NCBI GenBank assembly: GCA_963677435.1
Contig: OY781945.1
Span: 2,720,001-2,784,000 of the forward strand
Direction of reading: 5' to 3'
DNA length: 64,000 bases
Origin: an uncultured Aliarcobacter sp.
GTDB lineage: Bacteria; Campylobacterota; Campylobacteria; Campylobacterales; Arcobacteraceae
Shown: in pieces, positions 30,031 to 40,086 of the stretch
Layout: every line of letters begins with the position of its first letter
Position numbering within the stretch: the first letter of the stretch is position 1
Notes under the pieces: generated by a model
Told to the model about the DNA's origin: nothing
Databases searched by the model: none
The model's input: only the letters and a program-made list of their open reading frames with translations
Program-made: the position numbers and the translations under genes

Positions 30031-30393
30031 TTATTGTACTAAATTTACAGGTTCACCCCAAAATTGAGAAGATATTAAATACTCCTCAACAGGGTTTCCA
30101 CCTAATATATGTTCTTGTACTATTTTATCTATTTTTTCCTTAGACACAGAAGCATACATATGATGTCCAGGTTCCACTAACATTAAAGGTCCCATTTGAC
30201 ATCTTCCTAAACATGAAGTTCTTACAATTTGAACAGGTCCCATAACACCTGCTTTCATTAAACTTTGTGCTGCATAATTAAATAAATCTCTTGTATTTTC
30301 ATTTACACATGATGGTTTTGGCATTCCAGGAGGTGACGATTGTTCGCACTTAAATATATAAAATGTTGGTTGGGGAATACTTGGCATTTCCAT
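30031..30393 (-). CDS. Thioredoxin-like [2Fe-2S] ferredoxin
   Basis: C-x12-C ... CLGRCQMGP, IVQEHILGG. Confidence 0.88.
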   Translation of the reverse strand: MEMPSIPQPTFYIFKCEQSSPPGMPKPSCVNENTRDLFNYAAQSLMKAGVMGPVQIVRTSCLGRCQMGPLMLVEPGHHMYASVSKEKIDKIVQEHILGGNPVEEYLISSQFWGEPVNLVQ

Positions 30394-30538
30394 AATTTTT
30401 CCTTTTTTAGAACATTTTATAACAATTTTCTGAATTTTAACACTTTTTATTTAAATTCAACTAAAAAAATTTCTTTTATGTTTCTTTAAATCTAAAATAA
30501 TATACTATTTCCCAAATTTACTAAATTAAGGGTTGTTT

Positions 30539-31072
30539 ATGAAAAAAATATTCTTTATTCTTTTTTCATTTGTTTTACTTTTGAAAGCTTCAAATCCTAT
30601 TGCGACACTTGAAACTACAAAAGGGAATATTAAAATAGAGTTAAGAGCTGATTTAGCTCCAAAAGCTGTAGAGAACTTTGTAACTCATTCAAAAAATGGT
30701 TATTACAATGGTCTTATTTTCCATAGAGTTATAAAAGACTTTATGATTCAAGGTGGAGATCCAACAGGAACTGGTGCCGGTGGTGAGTCAATTTGGGGAG
30801 GGAAATTTGCAGATGAATTTGCTCCAAATGCTGTATTCGATAAAGCAGGAATACTTGCAATGGCGAATGCGGGTCCAAATACTAATGGAAGTCAATTTTT
30901 CATTACAACAGTACCTACATATTGGTTAAATGGAAGACACACAATTTTTGGTTATGTTAAAGAGGGATTTGATGTAGTGAAAAAAATTGAAAATGTTCCA
31001 ACAACAAGTAGATATGAGGGAAATAAACCTTTAGAAGATATAAAAATTATATCTATCAAAATAGAAGAATAA
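30539..31072 (+). CDS. Exported cyclophilin-type peptidyl-prolyl isomerase
   Basis: Signal peptide; [34 protein letters not shown]. Confidence 0.95.
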   Translation: MKKIFFILFSFVLLLKASNPIATLETTKGNIKIELRADLAPKAVENFVTHSKNGYYNGLIFHRVIKDFMIQGGDPTGTGAGGESIWGGKFADEFAPNAVFDKAGILAMANAGPNTNGSQFFITTVPTYWLNGRHTIFGYVKEGFDVVKKIENVPTTSRYEGNKPLEDIKIISIKIEE

Positions 31073-31095
31073 ATCAAGATTTTCTTGATTTATTC
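31067..31095. terminator. Hairpin between convergent genes (probable bidirectional terminator)
   Basis: Perfect 13-bp GAATAAATCAAGA-TTT-TCTTGATTTATTC. Confidence 0.7.
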
Positions 31096-32448
31096 CTAAT
31101 TAAATATCTTATTCATAAAAGTTGTATCACCGTGAGCAATTATTTGTTTTTCTAAACTCTCAATTCTTGCAGTCTCTTTTTTTGCTTTTTCTTTCCAATA
31201 CTCAAGTTTTTGCAATAAAACATCATCTGTTTGAATAGAATCTATTTTTTCTTGTAACTCACTAATTTGTTCTTCTAACTCTGCAATTTTAATCTCATAA
31301 TTAACTCTTTGCTGAGAAATAGTTTTCTCATCTTCTAATCCAAGCTGAGTCAATTTATCTTTTAATTTTTTATTTTCTAGTCTTAAATCACTATTCTCTT
31401 TTGAAAATTTAAATGCTGTATTTGTATTTGAATTTTTCTTATATAAACCTAGTTCTGTTTTAAGATTCTTATTTTCTAATCTAAATTTTTCATTATTATA
31501 AATATATCTATCTATATTTTTCAATGATTGTTCTAATTCAATTTGTACTTTTTCTAACTTATATTTTAAATCATTAATTACTTGATTTTGTTCTAAACTT
31601 CCTTCTTTACTCTTTATAAAAAAGTCACTTTTCTCTCGCATTAAAGCTAATTGTATTTCTCTTTTTTTATTTAATTCTTCAGTTATATCTTTTTGAACTG
31701 AAATCGCACCTGTCATTTCACCTGTTTCATCAAGAGTTGGAATTACATAGGCATCAGTAGTAAAAGAGCTACCATCTTTTTTTATGTTTTTTAGCTTACC
31801 TTTCCAAGGTTTATTATTTAAAATATTTGCATACAAATTTGTATAAATATCATTTCCCACATCCTGATATTTCAAATATTTAAACTCTTTACCAAGTAAA
31901 TCTTCAGCAGAAAATCCAGATATTTGACAAAAATGTTCATTCACATAAGTAATATTTAAATGTGTATCCATTTTTATAACAATATTATTTAAGTCTATAA
32001 TCTCTTTATATTGTTCAAGTTCATTTTGCTGCTGTTTTAGTAAAAATTCTTGATAAAGAACACTTGCAACATCACTTATTAATGAGATTAAATATCGAAC
32101 ATCAATTGGCTTTACAATATATTCTTGAACCCTTAACTTTATAGCTTCAACTAAAAATTCACTATCTGAATATGCTGTTGCAAAAATAACTGGTATTTTC
32201 GTATCAAAATCTCGAACTTTTTTAATCATTTCAATACCATTTAATTCAGGCATATTTACATCTGTTAGAATTAAATCAATATGGTCTTGATTTTCAAGAT
32301 AAGTTCGTAAACCTTCTTTCCCATTTTTTGCAACATGAACCATAGAAAAAAAATTTGTTAACAATTGAGACAATTCTGTTCTAATGATATCATCATCTTC
32401 AACATATAAAAGAGTAAGTCTCTTTAATAAATTTTTATCTATACTCAT
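31096..32448 (-). CDS. REC-PAS protein with long C-terminal coiled coil
   Basis: LLYVEDD..DVNMP..KP; PAS (ITYVNEHFCQISG); K/E/L heptad-rich tail of about 190 aa. Confidence 0.85.
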   Translation of the reverse strand: MSIDKNLLKRLTLLYVEDDDIIRTELSQLLTNFFSMVHVAKNGKEGLRTYLENQDHIDLILTDVNMPELNGIEMIKKVRDFDTKIPVIFATAYSDSEFLVEAIKLRVQEYIVKPIDVRYLISLISDVASVLYQEFLLKQQQNELEQYKEIIDLNNIVIKMDTHLNITYVNEHFCQISGFSAEDLLGKEFKYLKYQDVGNDIYTNLYANILNNKPWKGKLKNIKKDGSSFTTDAYVIPTLDETGEMTGAISVQKDITEELNKKREIQLALMREKSDFFIKSKEGSLEQNQVINDLKYKLEKVQIELEQSLKNIDRYIYNNEKFRLENKNLKTELGLYKKNSNTNTAFKFSKENSDLRLENKKLKDKLTQLGLEDEKTISQQRVNYEIKIAELEEQISELQEKIDSIQTDDVLLQKLEYWKEKAKKETARIESLEKQIIAHGDTTFMNKIFN

Positions 32449-32475
32449 AGAATAACTTATCTTTATTTTTTTTCA

Positions 32476-32955
32476 TTAATCTCTTAATTCTTCTTTTGCA
32501 ACAACTCTTTCAATGTCCATAACAACTAACATTTGGTTATTTGCAAGTCTGATATAACCTTTTAGGTATTTTGATGGAATCGCAGAACCCATTTCAGAAA
32601 CAGCAGCTAACATACTTGTATCAAGTCTTTGTACATCATCAACTAAATCTACAACTATTCCTATAATTCTTTTATCTTCAGTAATTACAGCAATTACAGA
32701 TGTATTTTCATCATAAGTTCCAGGACCTGTATTAAATTTTAGTCTAATATCTAAAATTGGAACAACTTCACCTCTTAAACTAATTAATCCTTTTACCCAT
32801 TTAGAAGTATTTGGTAAAGGAGTAATATTATCAGGATACGTTAAAATCTCTCTAATCTTTGGTAATTCAATAGCATACTTCATTGCGCCTAATTCAAATG
32901 TCATGAATTCACTAGTATTCGCATAATCTATAACTTTTTTTTCATTATCTTCCAT
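32476..32955 (-). CDS. cheW: Chemotaxis coupling protein CheW
   Basis: IREIL, VKGLISLRGEVVPILD, GIVVDLVDDV. Confidence 0.93.
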   Translation of the reverse strand: MEDNEKKVIDYANTSEFMTFELGAMKYAIELPKIREILTYPDNITPLPNTSKWVKGLISLRGEVVPILDIRLKFNTGPGTYDENTSVIAVITEDKRIIGIVVDLVDDVQRLDTSMLAAVSEMGSAIPSKYLKGYIRLANNQMLVVMDIERVVAKEELRD

Positions 32956-33027
32956 AATACATTCCTTTTAATTGCTTCTAGAGTTTTTACTTGTTTTTTA
33001 TTATTCTACCTACTGTAAACTTAAAAT

Positions 33028-34281
33028 TTATTGTTTTTTAATTTCCTTTAAAATACAGCTTGCAATATATTTTGGCGTTTGTAAATCAATTGCATCACCA
33101 ATAGCCAAATCTGCTAAAGATATTATTTTATTGTCTTTAGAAATTTGAACAAAACCATTTTTATCTTTTTTATCTGGATGATTTAATTCAAAATTTGATT
33201 TTAACAAATCAATTTGATTTTGAGATTTAACAAAAATTGCTGAAAAACTATTTTTCATACTATTTTTCAATAAATTCAACTCATTTTGAGAACTTAAAAT
33301 TTTTTGAGACAAGTCAGTTTTAAATGAAGATTTTAATAGATTTATCTCTGTTTGAATATAATTAAATTTTGTCTCAATAGAGTTTTGTTCAAATAATCTT
33401 TTCATATTAGAAAGTTCTTGTTGTTTATTAAACAATATATTTTTTAATCTATTATTATATTCATTACTTAAAGAATCTAAATACATTCTATGTTCATTTA
33501 TATCTGGTAATGCAATTTCCACAGCATTTGAGGGAGTTGCTGCTCGAATGTCTGCCACAAAATCAGAAATCAAATAATCAACTTCATGTCCAACTGCTGA
33601 AATAATTGGAGTTCGAGCTTCAAAAATAGCATTTGCTACTATCTCTTCATTAAATGCCCATAAATCCTCAATACTTCCACCACCTCGTCCTACAATCATA
33701 ATATCACAGTGTAATTTATCTGCATATTTAATTGAATTTGCAATATCAAAAGCAGCACCCTCACCTTGAACTAAAGTTGGAACTAAAATAAATTCAACCA
33801 AAGGCCATCTATGATTTGCAACTTTTTTCATATCTTCAATAGCAGCACCCGTTGGAGAAGTTACAAGTGCAATTTTTTTAGGATATTTTGGAAGTGGTTG
33901 TTTATAATTTCCATCAAAATACCCTTTTGCTTCAAGTCTGTTTTTTAATTGCTCAAAGGCAAATGCCAAGGCACCTTGTCCTGAGGGTTCAATTTTATTA
34001 CATAAAAGTTGATAATTTCCCCGTGGAGCATAAACTGTAATATTTCCATTAATTACAACTTTTTGACCATTTTCAAGTTGAAATTTTAGATATTTTGTAT
34101 TTCCTTTGAACATTACACATGAAAGTGTCGAGCTTTCATCTTTTATTGAAAAATAGATATGTCCAGAGTTATGATAAGTTAAATTTGAAATTTCACCTTC
34201 CACATAAACTTGGATAAATGTAGTTTCAAGAAGGGATTTTATTTGAACATTTAATGTTGATACTGAGATTGCTTTATTCAT
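33028..34281 (-). CDS. xseA: Exodeoxyribonuclease VII large subunit
   Basis: GEISN..SGHIYFSIKD, GRGGGSIEDLWAFN, SAVGHEVD. Confidence 0.96.
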   Translation of the reverse strand: MNKAISVSTLNVQIKSLLETTFIQVYVEGEISNLTYHNSGHIYFSIKDESSTLSCVMFKGNTKYLKFQLENGQKVVINGNITVYAPRGNYQLLCNKIEPSGQGALAFAFEQLKNRLEAKGYFDGNYKQPLPKYPKKIALVTSPTGAAIEDMKKVANHRWPLVEFILVPTLVQGEGAAFDIANSIKYADKLHCDIMIVGRGGGSIEDLWAFNEEIVANAIFEARTPIISAVGHEVDYLISDFVADIRAATPSNAVEIALPDINEHRMYLDSLSNEYNNRLKNILFNKQQELSNMKRLFEQNSIETKFNYIQTEINLLKSSFKTDLSQKILSSQNELNLLKNSMKNSFSAIFVKSQNQIDLLKSNFELNHPDKKDKNGFVQISKDNKIISLADLAIGDAIDLQTPKYIASCILKEIKKQ

Positions 34282-34298
34282 ATTTAAGTGCTAGAAAA

Positions 34299-35009
34299 CT
34301 AAATTTTTCTAGCGATAATTAAAGTTGAGATATTCATAGAAAATGCTTTTACATGAATTGGCTCAAGTCCCGCAAGTTTAAGCTCTTTACATAAATTTTC
34401 AGTTGTTAAAAATTCATCAATTGAATTTGGTAAATATGTATATGCTTCTTTATTTTTTGAAATCAATCCACCTAAAACTGGCAAGATTTTATTCATATAA
34501 AAATCCGTTAAATGATCAAGTAATTTCTCTTTTTTATTTTTTGTAAACTCTGAAATTACAACTAATCCATCTTTTTTTAAAACCCTTGCAAATTCATCAA
34601 AAGCTTCTTGTCTTTGCACTACATTTCTAATTCCATATGAAATTGAAATAATATCAGCACTATCGCTATCAAGGGGCATTGATGCAGCTCCAGCTTCAAT
34701 AAATTCAACATCTGGAAGTTTCTTTTTGCCAACTTCCATCATTCCAACGCTTGGATCAACTCCAACGATATTTTCTAAATTAATTGAGTTTTCATTTGCA
34801 ACTTTTTTCCAAAACAGAATCATATCACCAGTTCCACACGCAACATCTACGATTTTACTAATACTTTTTTTACCATAAAAATTAAAAGCTAAATTACAAG
34901 CTTTATTTCTCCATGACTTATCAATTCCCATTGATAAAACTCTATTTGCAACATCATAAGTTCCTGCAATATCATTGAACATTGATACAATTTTTTCTTG
35001 TTTTTCCAT
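34299..35009 (-). CDS. ubiE: Demethylmenaquinone / ubiquinone methyltransferase UbiE/MenG
   Basis: MFNDIAGTYDVANRVLSMG, DVACGTGD, SYGIRNV, AYTYLPNSI. Confidence 0.93.
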   Translation of the reverse strand: MEKQEKIVSMFNDIAGTYDVANRVLSMGIDKSWRNKACNLAFNFYGKKSISKIVDVACGTGDMILFWKKVANENSINLENIVGVDPSVGMMEVGKKKLPDVEFIEAGAASMPLDSDSADIISISYGIRNVVQRQEAFDEFARVLKKDGLVVISEFTKNKKEKLLDHLTDFYMNKILPVLGGLISKNKEAYTYLPNSIDEFLTTENLCKELKLAGLEPIHVKAFSMNISTLIIARKI

Positions 35010-35036
35010 TATTACATTTATCCTAATTTTCTTATT

Positions 35037-35285
35037 TTATAAAATATATTTACCTATTATTAATCCAACAATCAATCCAATATTAACAGCAACGGCAATA
35101 GCCATATACGATAATTTTTTATCAGCATAAGGCAGTTTATTTATAATATCTTCTTGGTGTTTTAAAGTTATTCCAAAATTTTGTGTTGATTTTTCTAAAT
35201 TATCAGCTGCTTTTCGTAAAGCAATTTCTGAGAATTCCATTCTTTCAACAAGCTCTTTTGCTTGTTTAAAGCTCATATCACTCAT
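35037..35285 (-). CDS. Small coiled-coil protein with C-terminal TM anchor
   Basis: ATGA overlap with the upstream ATPase; hydrophobic C-terminus. Confidence 0.65.
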   Translation of the reverse strand: MSDMSFKQAKELVERMEFSEIALRKAADNLEKSTQNFGITLKHQEDIINKLPYADKKLSYMAIAVAVNIGLIVGLIIGKYIL

Positions 35286-36076
35286 TTTTTAATTTCAATC
35301 CATCTATCTAAATCATAAAAGATTTTATTTAAAGTATTTAATACATAATCTTTTGCTTCTGTTTGAATTCTTCTAAAAAATAGATATTTTCTAGCACTTT
35401 CAATATCTCCAACTTCTTTTGCCTGGATAGCTTTTGCTGCAAAATCTGTATTGTTATAAGCCATTTCCCAAACAGTTGAACCTAAATATCTACTCATAGT
35501 AATTACTTTATCATTTTTAACAGGGAAATATTTTGGGTCTTTTACAAAATCACAAATTACAGAGTTTGACTCTAAATATTTGTGTCCAAAAAAGTTAATA
35601 AATTGTTCATTATAATAATCTTCATCCATAGAAATAGCTCTATTTAAAGCAAAAATTATATTATCTTCTGGATTTTTTTCTATTTTTCTGATTTTTTTCA
35701 TGGTTGCAATTGCATTTTTTCCATCAAGTTCACCATCACCTAAAGGAATAATCCACTTAACATTTCCAAAAGAGCCAACTTTTTTAATCTCATCAAGAAC
35801 TAAAGATGAAGTTTTATTTCCACCAACATCAACGATAACTTCATGGTTATCATCCATTAAGATAAGTTCATCTAATTCACTTAATCTATTTGTTCCTAAC
35901 ATTTTTTTATTTACAATTTCAGTTCTTGTAAATGATCTTGAATCGTTATTCTCGTCATCTATTTCAATGTATGTAATTTTTTTACCATGTTTTTTATATA
36001 AATATGGAGCTAAAACTTGCATTGCAACAGTAGATTTACCTACGCCACCTTTTGTTTGTGGAATTATAATCATCAA
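35282..36076 (-). CDS. ParA/MinD-superfamily P-loop ATPase
   Basis: Deviant Walker A KGGVGKST, IEIDDEN, Walker B VIVDVGG. Confidence 0.8.
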   Translation of the reverse strand: MMIIIPQTKGGVGKSTVAMQVLAPYLYKKHGKKITYIEIDDENNDSRSFTRTEIVNKKMLGTNRLSELDELILMDDNHEVIVDVGGNKTSSLVLDEIKKVGSFGNVKWIIPLGDGELDGKNAIATMKKIRKIEKNPEDNIIFALNRAISMDEDYYNEQFINFFGHKYLESNSVICDFVKDPKYFPVKNDKVITMSRYLGSTVWEMAYNNTDFAAKAIQAKEVGDIESARKYLFFRRIQTEAKDYVLNTLNKIFYDLDRWIEIKK

Positions 36077-36721
36077 TTAGCCTTTGGGATTTCGTTTCAT
36101 AAATTCGACAATTTTGCCATGAAACCTTGCATAAATTTTATTTAATGGGATTTCATAACCATATAGTTGGCTTATTTTATCGTAATTATCATTAATTCCA
36201 TATACTAAATATGACTGTATATCGTAATATGAATCAAACTCATAGCCAAATCTTGCCAATAGTTTTGCTGTGTATTTATCCACAACCATATATTCTTGTT
36301 TGCAAGCGTAACACAAAATTGCATCGGCAGTTTCAGGTCCAATTCCTTTTTGTTTTAAAAGCCAATCAAGAGTTACTTTTTCACAAAAATTCTCGAAAGT
36401 TTCAAAATCTTCTAGTATATTTTTTGACAGTTGAATTAATCTTTTTGATTTTTGATTTTTAAAACCACTTGGAGTTATTGATTCTATTAAAAGTTGTAAA
36501 TCACAATTTGCTAAATTTTCTAAATTTAACAAATCTAATTTTTTTAAATTTTCTAGAGATTTTTCTACATTTGTCCATTTAGTATTTTGAGTTAAAATAG
36601 CACCTATTAAAATCTCAAAATCATTATTTGAAGGCCACCAGAACTCTAAACTTTCATCTATTAAATTTTGATTTTTCAAATATACTAAAAGCTCATAAGA
36701 GTTTGAAATACTAATCAACAA
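36077..36721 (-). CDS. HhH-GPD DNA glycosylase (3-methyladenine glycosylase III-like)
   Basis: WWP..FEILIGAILTQNTKW, KGIGPETADAILCY, VVDKY. Confidence 0.9.
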   Translation of the reverse strand: MLISISNSYELLVYLKNQNLIDESLEFWWPSNNDFEILIGAILTQNTKWTNVEKSLENLKKLDLLNLENLANCDLQLLIESITPSGFKNQKSKRLIQLSKNILEDFETFENFCEKVTLDWLLKQKGIGPETADAILCYACKQEYMVVDKYTAKLLARFGYEFDSYYDIQSYLVYGINDNYDKISQLYGYEIPLNKIYARFHGKIVEFMKRNPKG

Positions 36722-37535
36722 AAGCCTCAGTAATAAATAGTTTTGAATTATTACAATATTTTTTTATTTTAAATGCACTTTGAGCTTTTCCATCTTCAAT
36801 ATCAACAACAAACATTTGTAAAATTGATTTACAAGAATTCGGAACTTCAAAATGTCCACCAATTCCTGTTGTTACTTTTTGAATTGGAATTTTGCTTTCC
36901 ATTCCTATAACATTGTCTCTACATCCAGTTAAGCCAATATCTGTTAAATATGCTGTGTTTTCAAAAATTTGTAAATCATCTGTTCCCACATGAGTATGTG
37001 TTCCACAAATTGCACTTACTTGATTTTTAAACATCATTAACATTATTCTTTTTTCACTTGTTGCTTCTGCGTGAAAGTCTATAAAAATATTTTTAATCTC
37101 TTGCTCATGAAGATTTGCTACTAACTTTTTTGCCCAATTAAAAGGATTCTCAACAGTTGGCATTCCATATTGTCCCATTAGATTTATAACTGCTAATTTT
37201 TCAATTCCATTTGAAGTTTCTATATCACAAATTTTAATTCCACTTCCTATTAATCCTTCAGGATAATTATCAGGTCGTAAAACATTTGCAGTTTCAAGTA
37301 AAACCATCATATCTTTTTTCTTATCGAAACTATGATTTCCACCAGTTATTAAATCTATTCCACTTTTTAGAAGCTCTTTTGAACCCTCAATTGTTAATCC
37401 AAAACCATGGCTTGCATTTTCACCATTTGCAATTACAAAATCAATTTCATACTCTTTTTTGATTTTTATTAAATTTTCTTTTATGATTTTTCTTCCAGGT
37501 CGACCAACAATATCGCCAATAAATCCTATTCTCAT
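36711..37535 (-). CDS. YmdB-like metallophosphoesterase
   Basis: FIGDIVGRPGR, ANGENA, GNH, DFHAEATSEK, GTHTHV. Confidence 0.93.
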   Translation of the reverse strand: MRIGFIGDIVGRPGRKIIKENLIKIKKEYEIDFVIANGENASHGFGLTIEGSKELLKSGIDLITGGNHSFDKKKDMMVLLETANVLRPDNYPEGLIGSGIKICDIETSNGIEKLAVINLMGQYGMPTVENPFNWAKKLVANLHEQEIKNIFIDFHAEATSEKRIMLMMFKNQVSAICGTHTHVGTDDLQIFENTAYLTDIGLTGCRDNVIGMESKIPIQKVTTGIGGHFEVPNSCKSILQMFVVDIEDGKAQSAFKIKKYCNNSKLFITEAFVD

Positions 37536-37581
37536 CTATCTTCTTTGTTAAAATTTTTTATAATTGTATTAAAATAACCTT

Positions 37582-40083
37582 TTATTCTTCTTCACACTTT
37601 TGTAATCTAACTTCAAACACAGCACCAGAATCTTCATTAAAGGCTTTTATAATTCCATCTTGTTCATCTACAATTTTTTTAGCAATATTTAATCCAACAC
37701 CCATTCCACTATGCTCTTTTGATGATATGAAAGGTTCAAAAATATCTTTGATAATTTCTTGTTTTATTCCACCTGCACTATCTTTGAATTTTACAACTAC
37801 TTGATTGTTTTCTTCAAATATATTTATATTTAAAACTCTATTTTCATAATCTTCAACTTTGACAAGTTCATCTAAGGCATTATTTACAACGATAATCCAA
37901 ACTTGCTCAATTCTTTGTTTTTGAACTTTACTAAAATATGTATACTCATTTTTATTTATAGAGTCAATATCAAATAATCTATCATTTAAATATATTTTAG
38001 AAACTTGTCTTGAGCGATTATATGCCATTGTTAAAGAGGTTATTAATGTTGCGTATATATTTGTTTTCTCTTTTATCTCTTTGCTACTTTGAGACATTTC
38101 TCTCATTGATTCTACGATATTTGCAATTCTATTTATTCCCTCTTTTATCTTTTCACTATCGTATTTCATTCTCTCTTGAATTTCATTTGCAGGTAAATCT
38201 AAAATATCGTAATACATCAATTCAAGATTTCCTTTTATGTATGTAAGTGGAGTATTTATTTCATGGGCAATTCCAGCAGCAAGGGAACCAATAGAAGTTA
38301 ATTTTGCATTTTTTATCTGCTCTTGTTGGTGAAGTTTATCTTTTTGAATACTTTTTTCAACCTCTTGATTTATTCGTAATTCTAAATTTTGATTTAACTC
38401 TTGTAATTTTCTTTTATCTTCTAAAGAGTTAACTACAAATACAAAATGTTTTTTGTCTGATAAAAGACTCAATGATAATTCTAAGTGAATTAGTTTTCCA
38501 TATTTTTTTACAAAAATCTTTTCAATATTTGAGATTTTTCCTATATCTTTTGCCTCTTTTAAGATTTTAGATAAAATCTCTTTTGAAGTTTCTGGAACAA
38601 TATCTAAACATTTCATTTCTAATAATTCATCATTTTTATACTCTAGTAACTTACTAAAAGTAGTATTGAGTTTTATAAAATTTCCATTTAAATCAATTAA
38701 TGCAATTCCACTATTTACATTTTCAAAAATGGCGTTATATTGCTCTACTTTATTATTTATATTTTGATATAAATCTTCAATTTTTTTCTTATTTGTTGTG
38801 TCATAAGCAATTATTGTGTAGCCAACTATTTTATTTAAATTATTAAAATTTGGTTCAATAAACAAATCTACCCAAAATGATTCCCCATCTTTTTTGATTC
38901 CTTTTATTTCTCCAACATAGGATTTTCCCTGTTTTGCAAATTTCCAAGGTTTTATATACTCTTTTCTTTTTGTATCTTTATGTATTAACATTTGGTAGTT
39001 ATGTCCAATTAATTCACCCTTTGAAAACCCCAAGAAATAACAAAATGCAGAGCTGACATCTAAAATTATATTATTTTTGCTCATTCGAATAAACATAATA
39101 TGTTTATCAATAACTTTTTGATTTTCATCCAATTCAATAAAACTTTTTTTGATACTTAAATCTAAATTTTTATTTTCATCTTCTATTTTTTTATTTAATT
39201 TTGCAATTGGTTCAGAAAAAAGAAGTGCCAAAATTATTGATAAAAATAGCCCAATAATAATTATTGATTTATAATATTCTTTAAAATAGTTATTGTTTAA
39301 TTCATCATCTATATTTACAATAAAAATAAAATATTTGTTTTTATTCAAATAAACTTTTTTTGATAAGAAGTCATTTGTTGTATAAGAATCTACACTTTTA
39401 ATATTATTTAACTCTTTTTTATATAAATCAAATTCTTTGTTTTCACGAAAAAGATTTGTATTACTATCATAATTTATAAGTGTATTATCACTTGATATAA
39501 CAAAAGTTTTTTTATCAAAGTTTTTATAAATATTAGTAAAAAATCCACTAAAATCAACCTTTAAAATTAGAAAATAATTTTTTTCTCTTAATACAAAATT
39601 AATTACTGTTGGTTTTTCTAAGTTTGAATTATCATGCCAGATTTCTTGATTTTTTAGTGTTCTAATATTTTTATAATAAGAGTTAGAATAGATGTTTTGT
39701 AGTTTTTCATCTTCTATTATTTTTATCTCACCATTAATATTAATGATTTTAAAAATCTCTTGAGCATCTAAAGAGATAACTTTAAATTCTAAAATATTTT
39801 CATTATTAAAAAGAATCTTTTTAAATAATTCTAAAGACTCTTTCTTGTCCTCTTTTTTTAAGAAATCTTTTTGAGATAATAAAAATATCTTTTCATCAAA
39901 AGATTTTATATTGTTTTTAAAACTTTTTTCTTGGTGTTTTAAAATATTTATAATATTTTCTTTCTCTTTTTTTTCATTATTAAATTTGTAAAAATTATTA
40001 AAAGCAAAAGAGGCAAAGCTTAGTAATAAAAGTGCGAAAACAATAAAAGCAAAAAATAGTTTTACATAAAAAGGAATTCTCAT
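37582..40083 (-). CDS. Membrane sensor histidine kinase with two PAS domains
   Basis: 2 TM helices, two PAS domains, GIAHEINTPL, DSAGG, GMGVGL. Confidence 0.92.
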   Translation of the reverse strand: MRIPFYVKLFFAFIVFALLLLSFASFAFNNFYKFNNEKKEKENIINILKHQEKSFKNNIKSFDEKIFLLSQKDFLKKEDKKESLELFKKILFNNENILEFKVISLDAQEIFKIININGEIKIIEDEKLQNIYSNSYYKNIRTLKNQEIWHDNSNLEKPTVINFVLREKNYFLILKVDFSGFFTNIYKNFDKKTFVISSDNTLINYDSNTNLFRENKEFDLYKKELNNIKSVDSYTTNDFLSKKVYLNKNKYFIFIVNIDDELNNNYFKEYYKSIIIIGLFLSIILALLFSEPIAKLNKKIEDENKNLDLSIKKSFIELDENQKVIDKHIMFIRMSKNNIILDVSSAFCYFLGFSKGELIGHNYQMLIHKDTKRKEYIKPWKFAKQGKSYVGEIKGIKKDGESFWVDLFIEPNFNNLNKIVGYTIIAYDTTNKKKIEDLYQNINNKVEQYNAIFENVNSGIALIDLNGNFIKLNTTFSKLLEYKNDELLEMKCLDIVPETSKEILSKILKEAKDIGKISNIEKIFVKKYGKLIHLELSLSLLSDKKHFVFVVNSLEDKRKLQELNQNLELRINQEVEKSIQKDKLHQQEQIKNAKLTSIGSLAAGIAHEINTPLTYIKGNLELMYYDILDLPANEIQERMKYDSEKIKEGINRIANIVESMREMSQSSKEIKEKTNIYATLITSLTMAYNRSRQVSKIYLNDRLFDIDSINKNEYTYFSKVQKQRIEQVWIIVVNNALDELVKVEDYENRVLNINIFEENNQVVVKFKDSAGGIKQEIIKDIFEPFISSKEHSGMGVGLNIAKKIVDEQDGIIKAFNEDSGAVFEVRLQKCEEE

Positions 40084-40086
40084 TTT

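Noticed and set aside
30031..30393. [2Fe-2S] ferredoxin as a nif-associated protein supporting diazotrophy
   Set aside because: It heads a housekeeping panD-ybaB-ispA run; nothing local links it to nitrogenase
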